Positions 1 to 11,175 of a DNA stretch of 64,000 nt are shown piece after piece. The DNA comes from Cyanophora paradoxa CCMP329. Lineage: Eukaryota > Plantae > Glaucophyta. The notes beneath the pieces were generated by a model. The model searched no databases. It saw only the letters and a program-made list of their open reading frames with translations, and was not told the origin of the DNA. The position numbers and the translations under genes were made by a program. Positions within the stretch are counted from its first letter, which is position 1; the number at the start of each line of letters is the position of its first letter. The stretch is taken from contig QPMI01000619.1 of the NCBI GenBank assembly GCA_004431415.1, positions 1-64,000 on the forward strand, read 5' to 3'.

Positions 1-2
1 CC

Positions 3-316
3 TCGGGATTTGCGCTCTCAATGCGTAAATCGAGTTTTGCGCCGACGGAATGCGAACAAAGAAGACCGTAGCCGAGCGCCAGGCACGAAAGAGCTGAGCG
101 ACTCGCTAGCCGCGGAGCGGCGCGAGGCGAGCACGGGATAAGCAGCAGGCTGCAGCGAGCGTCCCGCAAGGGACTAGCTGAGCTAGCCGTTGGGCCGAGC
201 CGGCGGCTTGAAGCCGCCGAGCTCCGGGGGGTACGCTGATTCGGGGTTCCCTTCACGCCCAGCTTCGCTCGCGGCCGCTCCAGGCCACGAAGCGACCAGC
301 GGCGAAGCGAAATCGC
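3..316 (+). repeat. Split direct repeat A1 (left terminus)
   Basis: Matches 10211-10526 apart from homopolymer-length differences. Confidence 0.95.
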
Positions 317-930
317 CACAGCCAGCACTTCTAGCACGCCAGCTCACCATGTCGGCACGACCGCCGACCATCCCAGCTCTTCCGGCCACGGGCCTCCCAG
401 GCGTCAACTGGAGCCCACTAGCCGAGGATTACCTGCGGCGCAACCGCGCAGCAGCAACCGTACAGCAGTTCTGCGTAGACGGCTGGCCCGAAGGCACCCT
501 CTCACCAGCAATCCTGCCGGAATCGTCGGCGGGTGGCGGTTCCCGCTTAGATTTGGTTCCTTACTGCCACGGCGGTACGTAGGTTCACGACCGGGCTCGC
601 CCGCCTCGCTAGCGTATAGCGAAGGCTATTCCGGGGGCCCATCGTCAATCCGCGGCCGCCGGCCTCTCTTTTCCGTTTAAGCGGCTACCGCACCTCGCCA
701 CCTGATTCCCGCGGTTGGCTGACCACCACCTGCGCGCATGTCGAGACCGCCTCGACGCGACGACCGGCCGCGCATCATCGGCGCCCCGGCGGCTTCCGCG
801 CAGGATCGCCTCGGCCCGCGTGCGCTCGCGCTGTAGGCCACCGCCGTCGATCGGGGCTGGTCTCACAACTCCCCGGCGGCCGGTGCCCGGGCCGCTCGCG
901 CGACCCGGGAGACGACGGAGTACGGTCCTC

Positions 931-2650
931 GCGTGCGCCTCGCGCTGCGGGACGGCCCGCGAGCGTGCGCGCTGTGGGCCCCGTACTCGGAGTTCGGAGG
1001 CCGCGCGCGACCCTCGCTGCGGCCCGCCCCGTCCCGACGGAGCCCGGCCGCGCCGGCGGCCGGCGAACTTCGACCAGGAGCACGGTTCTCGCGAGCACCT
1101 CGCTGCGAGACGGGCCCGCGGGCGCGTCGCGCTGTGGGCCCCCGTGCTAGGAGTTCCGGGGCCGCGTGCATTCCGCTGTGGCCCCGGGCCGCGACCGCGG
1201 CACCGGCCGCTCCCGCGGCCGGCTACTCCCAACCTGGCCTTCAACCCCGCGTGCGCCTCGCGCCGCGGGACGGCCCGCGGGCGCCTCGCGCTGCGGGCCC
1301 TCTACTCGGAGTTCAGAGGCCGGAGGCCGCGCGCGACCTTCGCTGCGGCCCGCCCCGTCCCCAACGGAGTCCGGCCGCGCCCGCGGCCGGCGAACTTCGA
1401 CTAGGAGCACGGGTCTCGCGAGCACTTCGCTGTGAGACTGCCCGCGAGCGCCCAGCGCTGTGGGTCCCGTGCACGGAGTTCCGGGGTCGCGTGCGTCCCG
1501 CTGTGACCCCGGGCTGCGACCGCGGCGCCGGCCGCCCCTGCGGCCGGCAACTCCCAACCCGGCCTTCACCCCGCGTGCGCCTCGCGCTGCGGGACGGCCC
1601 GCGGGCGCCTCGCGCTGCGGGCCCTCTTCTCGGAGTTCGGAGGCCGCGCGCGACCCTCGCTGCGGCCCACACCGTCCCCGACGGAGCCCGCCGCACCTGC
1701 GACCGGCGAACTTCGACCAGGAGCACGGGTCTCGCGAGCGCATCGCTGCGAGACCACCCGCGAGCGCCCGGCGCTGTGGGCCCAGTGCAAGGAGTTCCAG
1801 GGCCGCGCGCGTCTCGCTGTGGCCCCGGGCTGCGACCGCGGCGCCGGCCCTCCCCCTCGACCGGCAACTCCCCCCTGGCGTACAACCCCCGCGTGCGCCT
1901 CGCGCTGCGGGACGGCCCGCGGGCGCCTCGCGCTGCGGGCCCTCTACTCGGAGTTCGGAGGCCGCGCGCGACCCTCGCTGCGGCCCGCCCCGTCCCCGAC
2001 GGAGCCCGGCCGCGCCGGCGGCCGGCGAACTTCGACCAGGAGCACGAGTCTCGCGAGCGCCTCGCTGTGAGACCGCCCGCGAGCGCTCGGCGCTGTGGGC
2101 CCCGTGCAAGGAGTTCCGGGGGCCGCGTGCGTCTCGCTGTGACCCCGGGCTGCTGCGGCGGCACCGGCCCCTCCCTCGACCGGCAACTCCCCCCTGGCAT
2201 ACAACCCCCGCGTGCGCCTCGCGCTGCGGGACGGCCCGCGGGCGCCTCGCGCTGCGGCCCTCTACTCGGAGTTTGGAGCCGCGCGCGACCCTCGCTGCGG
2301 CCCGCCCCGTCCCCGACGGAGCCCGGCCGCGCCGGCGGCCGGCGAACTTCGACCAGGAGCACGGGTCTCGCGAGCGCCTCGCTGTGAGACCGCCCGCGAG
2401 CGCTCGGCGCTGTGGCCCCGTGCAAGGAGTTCCGGGGGCCGCGTGCGTCTCGCTGTGACCCCGGGCTGCTGCGGCGGCACCGGCCCCTCCCTCGGCCGGC
2501 AACTCCTACCCTGGACTTTCAACCCCGCGTGCGCCTCGCGCTGCGGGACGGCCCGCGGGCGCCTCGCGCGGCGGACCCTCTACTCGGAGTGCGGACGCCG
2601 CGCGCGGCCCTCGCTGCGGCCCGCCCCCGTCCCCGACGGAGTCCGGCCCC
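931..2650 (+). repeat. Internal tandem array, ~319-bp unit x ~5.4, itself a diverged dimer of ~159-bp halves
   Basis: GCGTGCGCCTCGCGC(T/C)GCGGGACGGCCCGCG recurs at 931, 1249, 1573, 1891, 2210 and 2527. Confidence 0.93.
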
Positions 2651-2699
2651 GCCAGCCAGCGCTGACGCCCCGCCCCGCGGCTGCGCCGCGGCAGCGCCG

Positions 2700-3880
2700 C
2701 CGCCACCGAACCCCACTAGACCCTCGCTCGGGCCTCCTCCCGCCACCTCGCTGCGTCGCTTACGACGATCCGCAGGCCAGAACCTGCTGGCGGCCGAGTT
2801 GCTCGACAAGTCCCCCCCTTTCACGAAGGCGGGGATGGGGGCCTGGGTCTACTGGCGCGACCTGCCGCGGCGCTCCCGCTTCCTCGCGTGCAGCAAGTTT
2901 CTCCGCCTCACCGGCTACTTCCCGCCGTTCCCCTTCGCGGGCTCTCAGACAGTCCCGCGCCTCGCGGTACGCCGCGCCGGGCACACCCTCGCAGGCGGCT
3001 CTCATTCCGCGCCAGTTCTCCGACGACCCCGAGTTCGACGCCTCGCACGCTTTTCTTGCCGTGCTCGTGCCGGTCTACGTGATCCGCGTCATCGGCCAGT
3101 CGCGCGGGTCGATCTGCGTCGCGATCCACTCCAAGGACGACTACTCGGGCCTCGAAGCCACCGGCGTCAACCTCGCCGACCTGGGCATCACCCAGGAGGA
3201 GTGGGGCACACTCCACTCCCGCCTCGGCGACGTCCCCACGGTCCTTCACGCCCTCCGGGCCTTCGGTCCCACCGGCGCGCGCCAGCTCGAGCTCTTCGAG
3301 TTCCACACGCTGGCCTACCCGCTCGGCGTTCCGCTCGTCTTCCCGGCCGCGAGTTTTGACGACGACGCGGCCTGGCGGTACGCCGGCGCGGCGCGTTTTT
3401 TCTTCCTCTTCTCCCGCCGGCTCACCACGGACACACAGCGTCACGCACGAACTCCTGCCGTGGGAATTCGCGGCCGGCCTCGCGGGCGCCGGCATGATCC
3501 ACGCCTGGCTTCACGACTCGGTACGGCCGCGGTCGCTCTCCCGCCGAACCGACCTCACGGCCTTGCAGGAGAAACAGAAGTTCTCCAAGACGTTTGGAAC
3601 CGGCCTGCAGCCCTGGTTCCGCGACTTCGTGCGGGCCTTCACCGGGCAAGAACAGGGCGCGGCCTCCGGCATCGCGGAGCTGCGCACCGCCCTGCGCAAC
3701 GACTACGCCGCCGCCCTTGGCCTGTGCCCCGGCCCGTCGCGGGCCGCACCGTCCCGCTCCTGGCCGGCAAGCCTTCAGCCGCTGGACCTGCCCGACAGCG
3801 AGGTCCGCCTGAACCGCCCTCGCCCGGCACCCCTCGCTACACCTCACTCCGGCGTAGATTCCATGGGACCAGCTCGTTGA
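2700..3880 (+). CDS. Accessory ORF of unknown function inside the YR element, broken by 2 frameshifts (start approximate)
   Basis: Globular-looking peptide blocks hand over between frames: NLLAAELLDKSPPFTKAGMGAWVYW... / ...FDASHAFLAVLVPVYVIRVIGQSRGSICVAIHSKDDYS... / ...HELLPWEFAAGLAGAGMIHAWLHD... Stop at 3880. Confidence 0.55.
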
Positions 3881-3999
3881 GCCTTGGGGTCTCGCGGAGA
3901 CGCACTTCCATCTCGGGGCGATCGAGGAGGCCTGGAACTCCCCGGGCAGGAAGGGCCGTAGCCTCTACGCTCGGCCCGCCCGCGGGTCAACTCGGCTGC

Positions 4000-6289
4000 G
4001 CAAACCAGCGGCCGACGTCATCGACGTCGACGCCGGCGCCGACGCTCCGGCTCCCGCCGAGCCGGACGCCCCCGCCTCGGGCTCCGCCCCCGGCGCCTCC
4101 AGCTCGTCCGCCCCGCCACCGGCGCCGGCGAAGCGCTCGCTTCCTCCGACGGGACGGAAGCGCGTACCGCCCCCGCTGAAGGCGGCGGACGCCGCGACCG
4201 GCGGCGAAGGCTCGGCCCCGCCTCCGGCGGAGAAGCCGAAGAAGAAGACGAAGGCGCCGGCGCAGCCGCGCCGCACGGCTCCGCCCAAGCCCGCCTCCTC
4301 CGCCGAGGAGGAGGCGCCTGAGGAGCCGGCCCCGCGCCCGGCCAAGCCGGCGAAGCGCAAGCGCCGCCCGGTCGTCCCGGAAGACGACTTCTCCGACGAC
4401 GACTGGGGCCCGCCCCAGCGGCGCCGCGCGGCCTCACCCCCGCCACCCGCTTCGGGCGACGAGGGCGAGGAGTCCGAAGACGACTCGGACCCCGACCCGG
4501 AGCCCAAGGTCGTGGCGGCCGCCCCGAAGCGGCGCTCCGCCACCAAGGAGATCGTGCGGCTCCACCGCCCCTCACGGGTTCGCCCCGTACCCCGCCTCGC
4601 CGCGCGCCTCTCACGCTGCGGCAGAGTCCGAGCGCCTGGCCGCCATCCAGCGCTCCCGCGAGGAGGCCCAGGCCGCCGCCGGCGCGAAACCGCTCGCGGC
4701 GGCCGCCCGCCATCTGCTGGCCGTCCTCCCGCCCCCGTCGGCAACACCCGCGGCGCAGCCCGCCCCGCACTATGCGCCCCACGCCGCCACCCGGCCCGGC
4801 CAGGCGCCGCCCCAGCCACCGGCCGGGCCCCCGTTCGTCCCACCGGCTGACCCCTGGGCCGCCACGCGCGCGGCGCTGCTGGCGGGCAACGGCCCGCCGG
4901 ACCTCGTCTGGCTCGCCCAGCACGCCGCGGCCGCCGCATCGCCCGCGACGGGAACGTGGGCCCCACAGGCCGGCTTCCAGCTTGCCGCACCGACCCCCGC
5001 AATCGCCGCGGGGACAGCCCCGCCCAGACCGGGCCCCCGGCCGGCGCCGCTGCAGCCGGGGACGCGCAGAACCAGCGCGACCACCGCGAGTCGCGCCGCG
5101 ATCGCGCCAAGGACCGGCCCGCCGGCAAGGACCGCCGCAAGTCCTCGCCGGCAACCAAGTCGGCCGGCAGCAAGCGCGCCCGCTCCGCCTCCCCGCCCCC
5201 GAGCCGGAAGTCCGCCGCGTCCGGCGACCCGTCCGACGCGGACGACTCCAGCTCCGCCTCGTCGGGCGCCAGCCTCCCCGAGTCAGATTCCGACTCCTCC
5301 TCCGAGGCCTCCGCCGTTCCCTCGCGGAAGGAGACGAAGCGGGCAAAGCCGTCGGCCGCGGAGCCGACTGGCCGCCTCCCGGCCGACCTCGTTCGCCCCG
5401 CCAACCTCGTCGGCCTCCAGCTGCCCGCCGCGGAGACTGGCCTGCACACCGCGGCCACCGAGCTCGCCGAGCGCCTCCGCCAGATCGAGCAGGGCTTCAC
5501 CAACTACCTCATGCCCGGCGGCAACAACATCGCGGGCAGCGCCGCCGGCGCGGTCGATCGCCAAGTCGCGCCCATGATCGCGAACTTCGGCCTCTTCTGC
5601 ATCCGGGAGACGCTCGAGTTCTGCTGGGCCCTCGTGACGCAAGGGCTCGCCCAGGCCAACGTGCAGAACGCCATCGGCCTCGTCGCGCGCATCGGCGAGA
5701 TCCGCGCCCGCATGCCGGGCGGCGCCTGTGGCCGCAACGGCGAGCTCCTCCGCGAGTGGGACGCCCTCACGCGGCCGCTGTACCACCGCCTGCGGGAGGC
5801 CGTCCGCGCTCTCTCGGTCCTCCGGGCCTACATGCGGCCCTCCGCGGACCTCACTCGCTCTCTCAACCAGGCGGGCCAGGCGGTCGCGGCCTGGCCCGAC
5901 TCGGCGAAGCTCCTGCGCAGCTCCTCCGGCCGCGGCACGTCGTCGTTCCTGCAGAACCCGCCCCTCGGCCCTCACGAGCTGCGCAAGTTTGACAAGCAGG
6001 CGACCGCCACCCTCGCGGTCGGCACGCCCGAGGCCATGACGGCCGCCTTCCTGGCCGCCGGAGGTTCCCTCCCGCCCGCTCTTCCGAGACCTTCCATCGA
6101 CGCCTCGCGCAAGCAGGCTCGGAGCGCCGCGAGCGCCGCGAGCGCGGCGGCCGGAAGCACGGCCGCGGCGCCAAGCAGCTCCGCGCGCGCGCCGCCGACG
6201 ACGAGGAGCCCAAGGACCGCGGGGACTCCGACGAGGACCGCCCCAAGAAGGGCAAGAAGCCCAAGGGCGGCAAGCGCGGCAAGGACTAG
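4000..6289 (+). CDS. Gag-like ORF of the YR element (frameshifted; start approximate)
   Basis: Lies upstream of RT. Basic/acidic low-complexity N-terminal part (KPKKKTK, EDDFSDDD), helical core LAERLRQIEQGFTNYL...LREWDALTRPLYHRLREA, basic tail KKGKKPKGGKRGKD* ending at 6289. Confidence 0.6.
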
Positions 6290-6375
6290 CCCGCCCGCCC
6301 CTCCGTCCGCGGCTCCCCCGTCGATCCCCGCGTCGCCCCCAGCCGCTCCCGGGCCTGCGAGCCCGTTCCCCCGTC

Positions 6376-8457
6376 GTGTACCCGCGTGTACAATGCCACC
6401 AGGCATTTCCACCCCCGATCCGTTCGAGCGCTTGCGCCGCCTGGTGGCGGCGCACGGGACCCGGGCCGTACGATTTCGCGGGCGCCGCGGCTCGTTTCCG
6501 AGCGGGGCAGCTCCAGGACCACGCGCACAACTGGCGCGCCTTCTTCCGCCGCGCCGGCACGCAGTTGCCGTCCTGGGTGGGCATCGTGATTAGCAAGGGG
6601 CTGCGCCTGCCGCTCCAGACCCTGAACGGCATGCCGGTCGCGTCCCCGCTGGACCTACCCCGGATCCGTCCCGAAGGGCCGCGCCACTCGTGCTACCGCA
6701 CGCCGGAGCACACCGCGTTCGTCGACCGCGAGGCCGCGAGCATGCTCGCCCTCGGCGTCACGCGCGTCGCGACCGAGGAGGACATCCGCCTGATCCGGCA
6801 CCGGGCCTCGCTCCTCGTGGTCGACAAGGCCGGCCCGGACAAATTCCGCCTCTGCCTCGACGCGACGCCGGTGAACCCGTTCATCCGGCTGCCGACCTTC
6901 CGGTACCAGACGCTCGACGAGGTTGCGTCGTACCTCACGCCCGGCTGCTGGCTCGTGAAGTTCGACCTCAAAAAGGGCTATTACCACATCGCCCTCGAGC
7001 CGAGCACGCAGCGCCTGCTCTCTTTCGAGTGGCGAGGCATCCTGTACGTCTACCAGGCGCTCTGCTTCGGCGTGAACATCGCGTGCTTCGCGTTCACGAA
7101 GTTCACGCGCGCGTTCGCGAAGTACTGGGCCGCCCTCGGGGTCAAGCTCTGCACGTACATCGACGACGGGCTGTTCATCTGCCCGTCCCGCGAAATCGCG
7201 GAGCTCGTGTCGATGCACCTGCGGGCGATCGCGCCCGACCTCGGCATCACGTTCTCCGAGAAATCGGACTTCACGCCGACCCAGCTCACGGAGTACCTGG
7301 GCATCGTGATCGACGTGCGCCCCGAGTCCGGCGTTTTCGCGGTCACCGCGAAAAAGGTCGCAAAAACCCTCGCGCGCGTCGACGAGGCGCTCGACCAGCC
7401 CTCCGTCTCGGCCCGCCGGCTCCAGAAGCTCGCCGGCTCCCTCATCGCCCTCCGCATGGCCTTCCCCGCGGTCCGCCTCATGACCCGGCCCCTGTTCGGC
7501 CTCATGTCGACCGCGGACGCGCTCGCCGACCCGTCCAACGAGTCGCTGGTCACGATCGAGGGCCCGCGCGCGAGTGCCTCGAGTGGCTGCGCGCCGCCCT
7601 CCGCCGCGGCTCGCCCCGGAGCACCCGATCTGGACGCCGCGGTCCTTCTACCGGCTGTTCACCGACGCCTCCGGCTACGGCTACGCCGCCTTCCTTGACA
7701 AGGCGGTGTCCTTCGACGCCGGCGCCACGCGCCAGCGCGAGGCGTGGTCCGTGTTCGGCACGTTCCCGGCGTCCCTGCGCGCCTCCGACGGCCCCATGAA
7801 GGCCGGCGACACGAGCAGCAACGAGCGCGAACTCCGCGCCATCGTCGCCGCGGCGGACGACCTGTTCCCCCTGCTCCCCGCGGGCGCGCACGTCCTCATC
7901 CGCTGCGACAACCGCTCGGCGGTCGCCGCCGTGGCGCGCGGGGGCGGCTCCGCCCGCCTCTTCGACCTGAGCGTCCGCCTCTGGCACCGCTGCGCGGCCC
8001 TCGGCGTGTCCATCACCGCCCGGCACCTGCCGGGCGAGGCCAACGTCTTCGCCGACCGCGGCTCGCGCGACGGCGCCCGCGCCCCGGCTCTGAACCGCTC
8101 CCTCCTCGAGCGGTGCCGACGCCTCCTCGGTCAGCGCGCGGCCGCCCACCACCACGTCGCCTTCGAGGACGACCTCTGGTTGGGCGACTTCCGCCCCGCG
8201 GAGCCGACCGTCCTGACGGTCGACTCTCGCCTCCGCCCGGCGCTGATCGCCTCGCTCCGCGATCGCCCGGCCTCGGCCCCCTCGGCCTCCTCCTCCCCGT
8301 CCAGCCCAGCACGACCTGGTCGGTCGCGCTGGGGGACCTTCGCGCCCGCGGCGCCTCCGTCGCCCCGCTCGCCGACCTTCCCCCCCATGTCTTCTTCTCC
8401 GGGAGCATAGGCCTGGGCTCGTCCCCGTGGCCGCTCGAGCTGACCTTCTGGTCGTAG
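6376..8457 (+). CDS. DIRS-type reverse transcriptase + RNase H + degenerate C-terminal extension (frameshifts near 7570-7625 and 8280)
   Basis: RT motifs FRLCLD, FDLKKGYYHI, LCFG, YIDD and YLG. RNase H LFTDASGYG, NERELRAI, IRCDN and HLPGEANVFADRGSR. Confidence 0.92.
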
Positions 8458-9424
8458 AGCCGAACGTGGCGGCGGAGGAGCTCGCCGACTGGCAGGGGGC
8501 CGCTTTCGCGCCCCGCACCACGGCGGGGCAGCGGCGTGCGGCGCGCCGGTACTTCGCGTTCACCGCCCGCCACGACCTGGCGCCGGCGGCCGAGCGCTCC
8601 GTCCTCCTCTTTCTGGCCGATGCGACCGCCAGCCACCGCCGCACGGCGGGGGCAGACCTCGCCCCGAGCACCATCGGCGGCCTGGCGGCCCACATCTGGC
8701 GCGAGCTCAAGCTGCGGGGCCTGGTGGACCCCGCCCAGCCGCGCTCGTTCATGTACCAGACGGCCTGGCGCGGCATGAAGCGCCGCCTGGGCCGACCCGT
8801 CCAGCAGCGCCGCGCGCTCCTGCCCGGCGACGTCCGGGCCTGGTTCGCCACCTCCTCCTTCGGCAACCGCGCCCCGGCGCAGCGACTCCGCGACGCCGCG
8901 CTGCTCGCCGTCGGCATCGCCGGGTTCCTGCGAGGCGCAGAGCTCGTCGCCCTTCGAATGGGCGACGTCACGTGCGAGACGGAACCGTCCCCTCGCATCG
9001 CCCTGCACGTCCGGCGCTCGAAGACCGACCAGGAGGCACGCGGCGCCGTCGTCTACCTGACGCCCGCCCGCCACAGTCCGTCCTGCCCCGTGCGACTGCT
9101 CGCGTCCCACCTGAGCGAGAACCGGGCCGACGCCCGGCCACGGCCCCACTATTCCCGCGTCTCTCCGACCCGTCGACCGCGGTCACCGCCGGCTTCCTAC
9201 GGCGCCTGGTGAAGGAGGTGGCCGGCGCGGTCGGCCACGACCCCGCGGACTTCTCCGGGCACAGCCTCCGCCGCGGCGGCGCCACGGCTGCGGCCCGCCG
9301 CGGCCTGCCGGCGACCTGGATCCGCCGTCACGGTCGTTGGGCCCTGTACTCCTCGGTTCCCCAGGGGTACATCGAGGATTACCTGTTCCTCCTCTCCTCC
9401 GACCTCGCCGACCTCGGCTTTTAG
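8427..9424 (+). CDS. Tyrosine recombinase of the YR retrotransposon (frameshift near 9140)
   Basis: RDAALLAVGIAGFLRGAELVAL, RRSKTDQ, CPV, FSGHSLRRGGAT, HGRW and catalytic Y in QGYIE. Stop at 9424. Confidence 0.93.
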
Positions 9425-9657
9425 CCCGGCGTTGTAGCGTGTAAAAATGCATTCACGGTTAGCCGTACTGGCAATCGAGAATGACACGCGAGGGCCCGCG
9501 CGGTGCGCGGGCGGGGAAGGATAGGGAGCGGGGGATGCGGAGCCGGAGGGGAAGGGGGGCTCATAAAGGGCCCCGCTCTTTTCCCCCCCGGCCGCTCCAG
9601 CGTTTTATGCTTGGTGCAATGTATGCTATTCTGGCTGGCTGTGACCTGACTCTTGTT

Positions 9658-10210
9658 TGGTAGGGGGTACTGCATTCGTGCTGCGTTCGCTACGCTCACC
9701 CCCGCGGCCTCCGGCGGCGGTACCCGGCTTCGGATCCCCGAACCCGGAAGAAACCGCGTACCCCTCCCCGGGGTACGCTGTTCGCCCCAACCGGCCCACA
9801 AGGCGCGGCCCGAGGCCGAACGCGTACCCGGAGAGGGTACGGCGTCAGAGCGGCCCCGATCAAGTGTACCCCGAGCGGGGTACCCGATCGGCCCCGCGAC
9901 GGCCCCGAGAGGAGTACCCCGAGCGGGGTACACCGTCTCGACCCGCAACGGCCCTCCCCGGGGTACAGGCGCCTAGCGCGCTTACCCCGGAGAGTTCTTG
10001 TTCCGGAACTCGCAAGGGCGAGGCCGGAATGGCATACGGCGATCCGCCCTGGTCGATCGCCAACGTATTATGATACGTGGTTCCCGGGAAAGCAGCCTTG
10101 AGCTGCCGTACCTCAGGGCCCAACCTGATGCGCTATCCCGTGCATCTAGCTAAGTAGTGCCAGGCGTAAGATAGCTAGGTCTTCTGCATTCGAATGAAGC
10201 GAGGCGTAAA
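9658..10210 (+). repeat. Split direct repeat B1
   Basis: Near-identical to 11176-11726 (homopolymer indels only). Confidence 0.95.
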
Positions 10211-10526
10211 TCGGGATTTGCGCTCTCAATGCGTAAATCGAGTTTTGCGCCGACGGAATGCGAACAAAGAAGACCGTAGCCGAGCGCCAGGCACGAAAGA
10301 GCTGAGCGACTCGCTAGCCGCGGAGCGGCGCGAGGCGAGCACGGGATAAGCAGCAGGCTGCAGCGAGCGTCCCGCAAGGGACTAGCTGAGCTAGCCGTTG
10401 GGCCGAGCCGGCGGGCTTGAAGCCGCCGAGCTCCGGGGGGTACGCTGATTCGGGGTTTCCCTTCACGCCCAGCTTCGCTCGCGGCCGCTCCAGGCCACGA
10501 AGCGACCAGCGGCGAAGCGAAATCGC
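10211..10526 (+). repeat. Split direct repeat A2
   Basis: Copy of 3-316 directly abutting B1. Confidence 0.95.
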
Positions 10527-11175
10527 TCCCGCCCACCTCCCGCGATTTTTCCTTCCGGGGCGCCGAACCTCGCCACCCAGCGAGCCCCGGCGCCTCGAAA
10601 AGTTCGCGCAAAAAAGGCAATGCATACGGCGACCAGCGCCAGCGTTCGCCGAGGGTATTATAATACGTGGTTCCTTGTCGTCTCCTGTGCACACGGTTCC
10701 GGATGTTACTCCCGCTCGGTGCCGGCCACCAGCGCGGACGTGGTCGTGCACAGCTGATCCGTGGTAATTTACAATAGTCCCGTCGAAGATTCGGGCACGA
10801 ACCGCGCAGACTCGGTGTACCGGTCGTCATTCGTTTTCCACGCGCGTCCGCTGGACCCACTTGTGCCGGGCCGGGGTCCAGCGCGCCCCCAAGAAACAGT
10901 CGCGCGGCTTCGTGGAGAATCTCGGGTTTCACCGCTGGGTTTTACCCTGTTTTTCCTCTGGACCCGCGGGTGCCGAGCCGGGGTCCAGCGCGCATGACCG
11001 TTACGCGGTTTTTCCCGCGGTAACTTGCTGGGTTTTCGAGTCTGCCGCCCCGGCGCGGGGGGAGACTTCGCGCATGTTTCGGAGTCCTGTTGGTTTTTGA
11101 TGAGCCTCGGTTGTCGTATGTCGTACGACCCCTTGGTCTCATGGTCGTCTGCGGACGACGGACACGCTATGCGCG

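Noticed and set aside
645-2824. Numerous long Arg/Pro/Ala-rich ORFs on both strands
   Set aside because: Expected from a very GC-rich tandem repeat with few stop codons.
2700-9424. Multiple frameshifts in YR-element ORFs as evidence of old decay or recoding
   Set aside because: A1/A2 and B1/B2 differ only in homopolymer lengths, which points to long-read indel errors. I cannot call these ORFs pseudogenes or programmed shifts.
10032-10062. Resemblance to the 5' end of 5S rRNA (GCATACGGC...)
   Set aside because: The similarity ends after ~25 nt; there are no box A/C elements or terminal stem.
10146-10178. GCTAAGT...GGCGTAAG resemblance to VS ribozyme helix VI, and a nearby CTGATG resembling a hammerhead core
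   Set aside because: The matches are short, the pairing context differs, and there is no complete CUGANGA/GAAA core or VS architecture.
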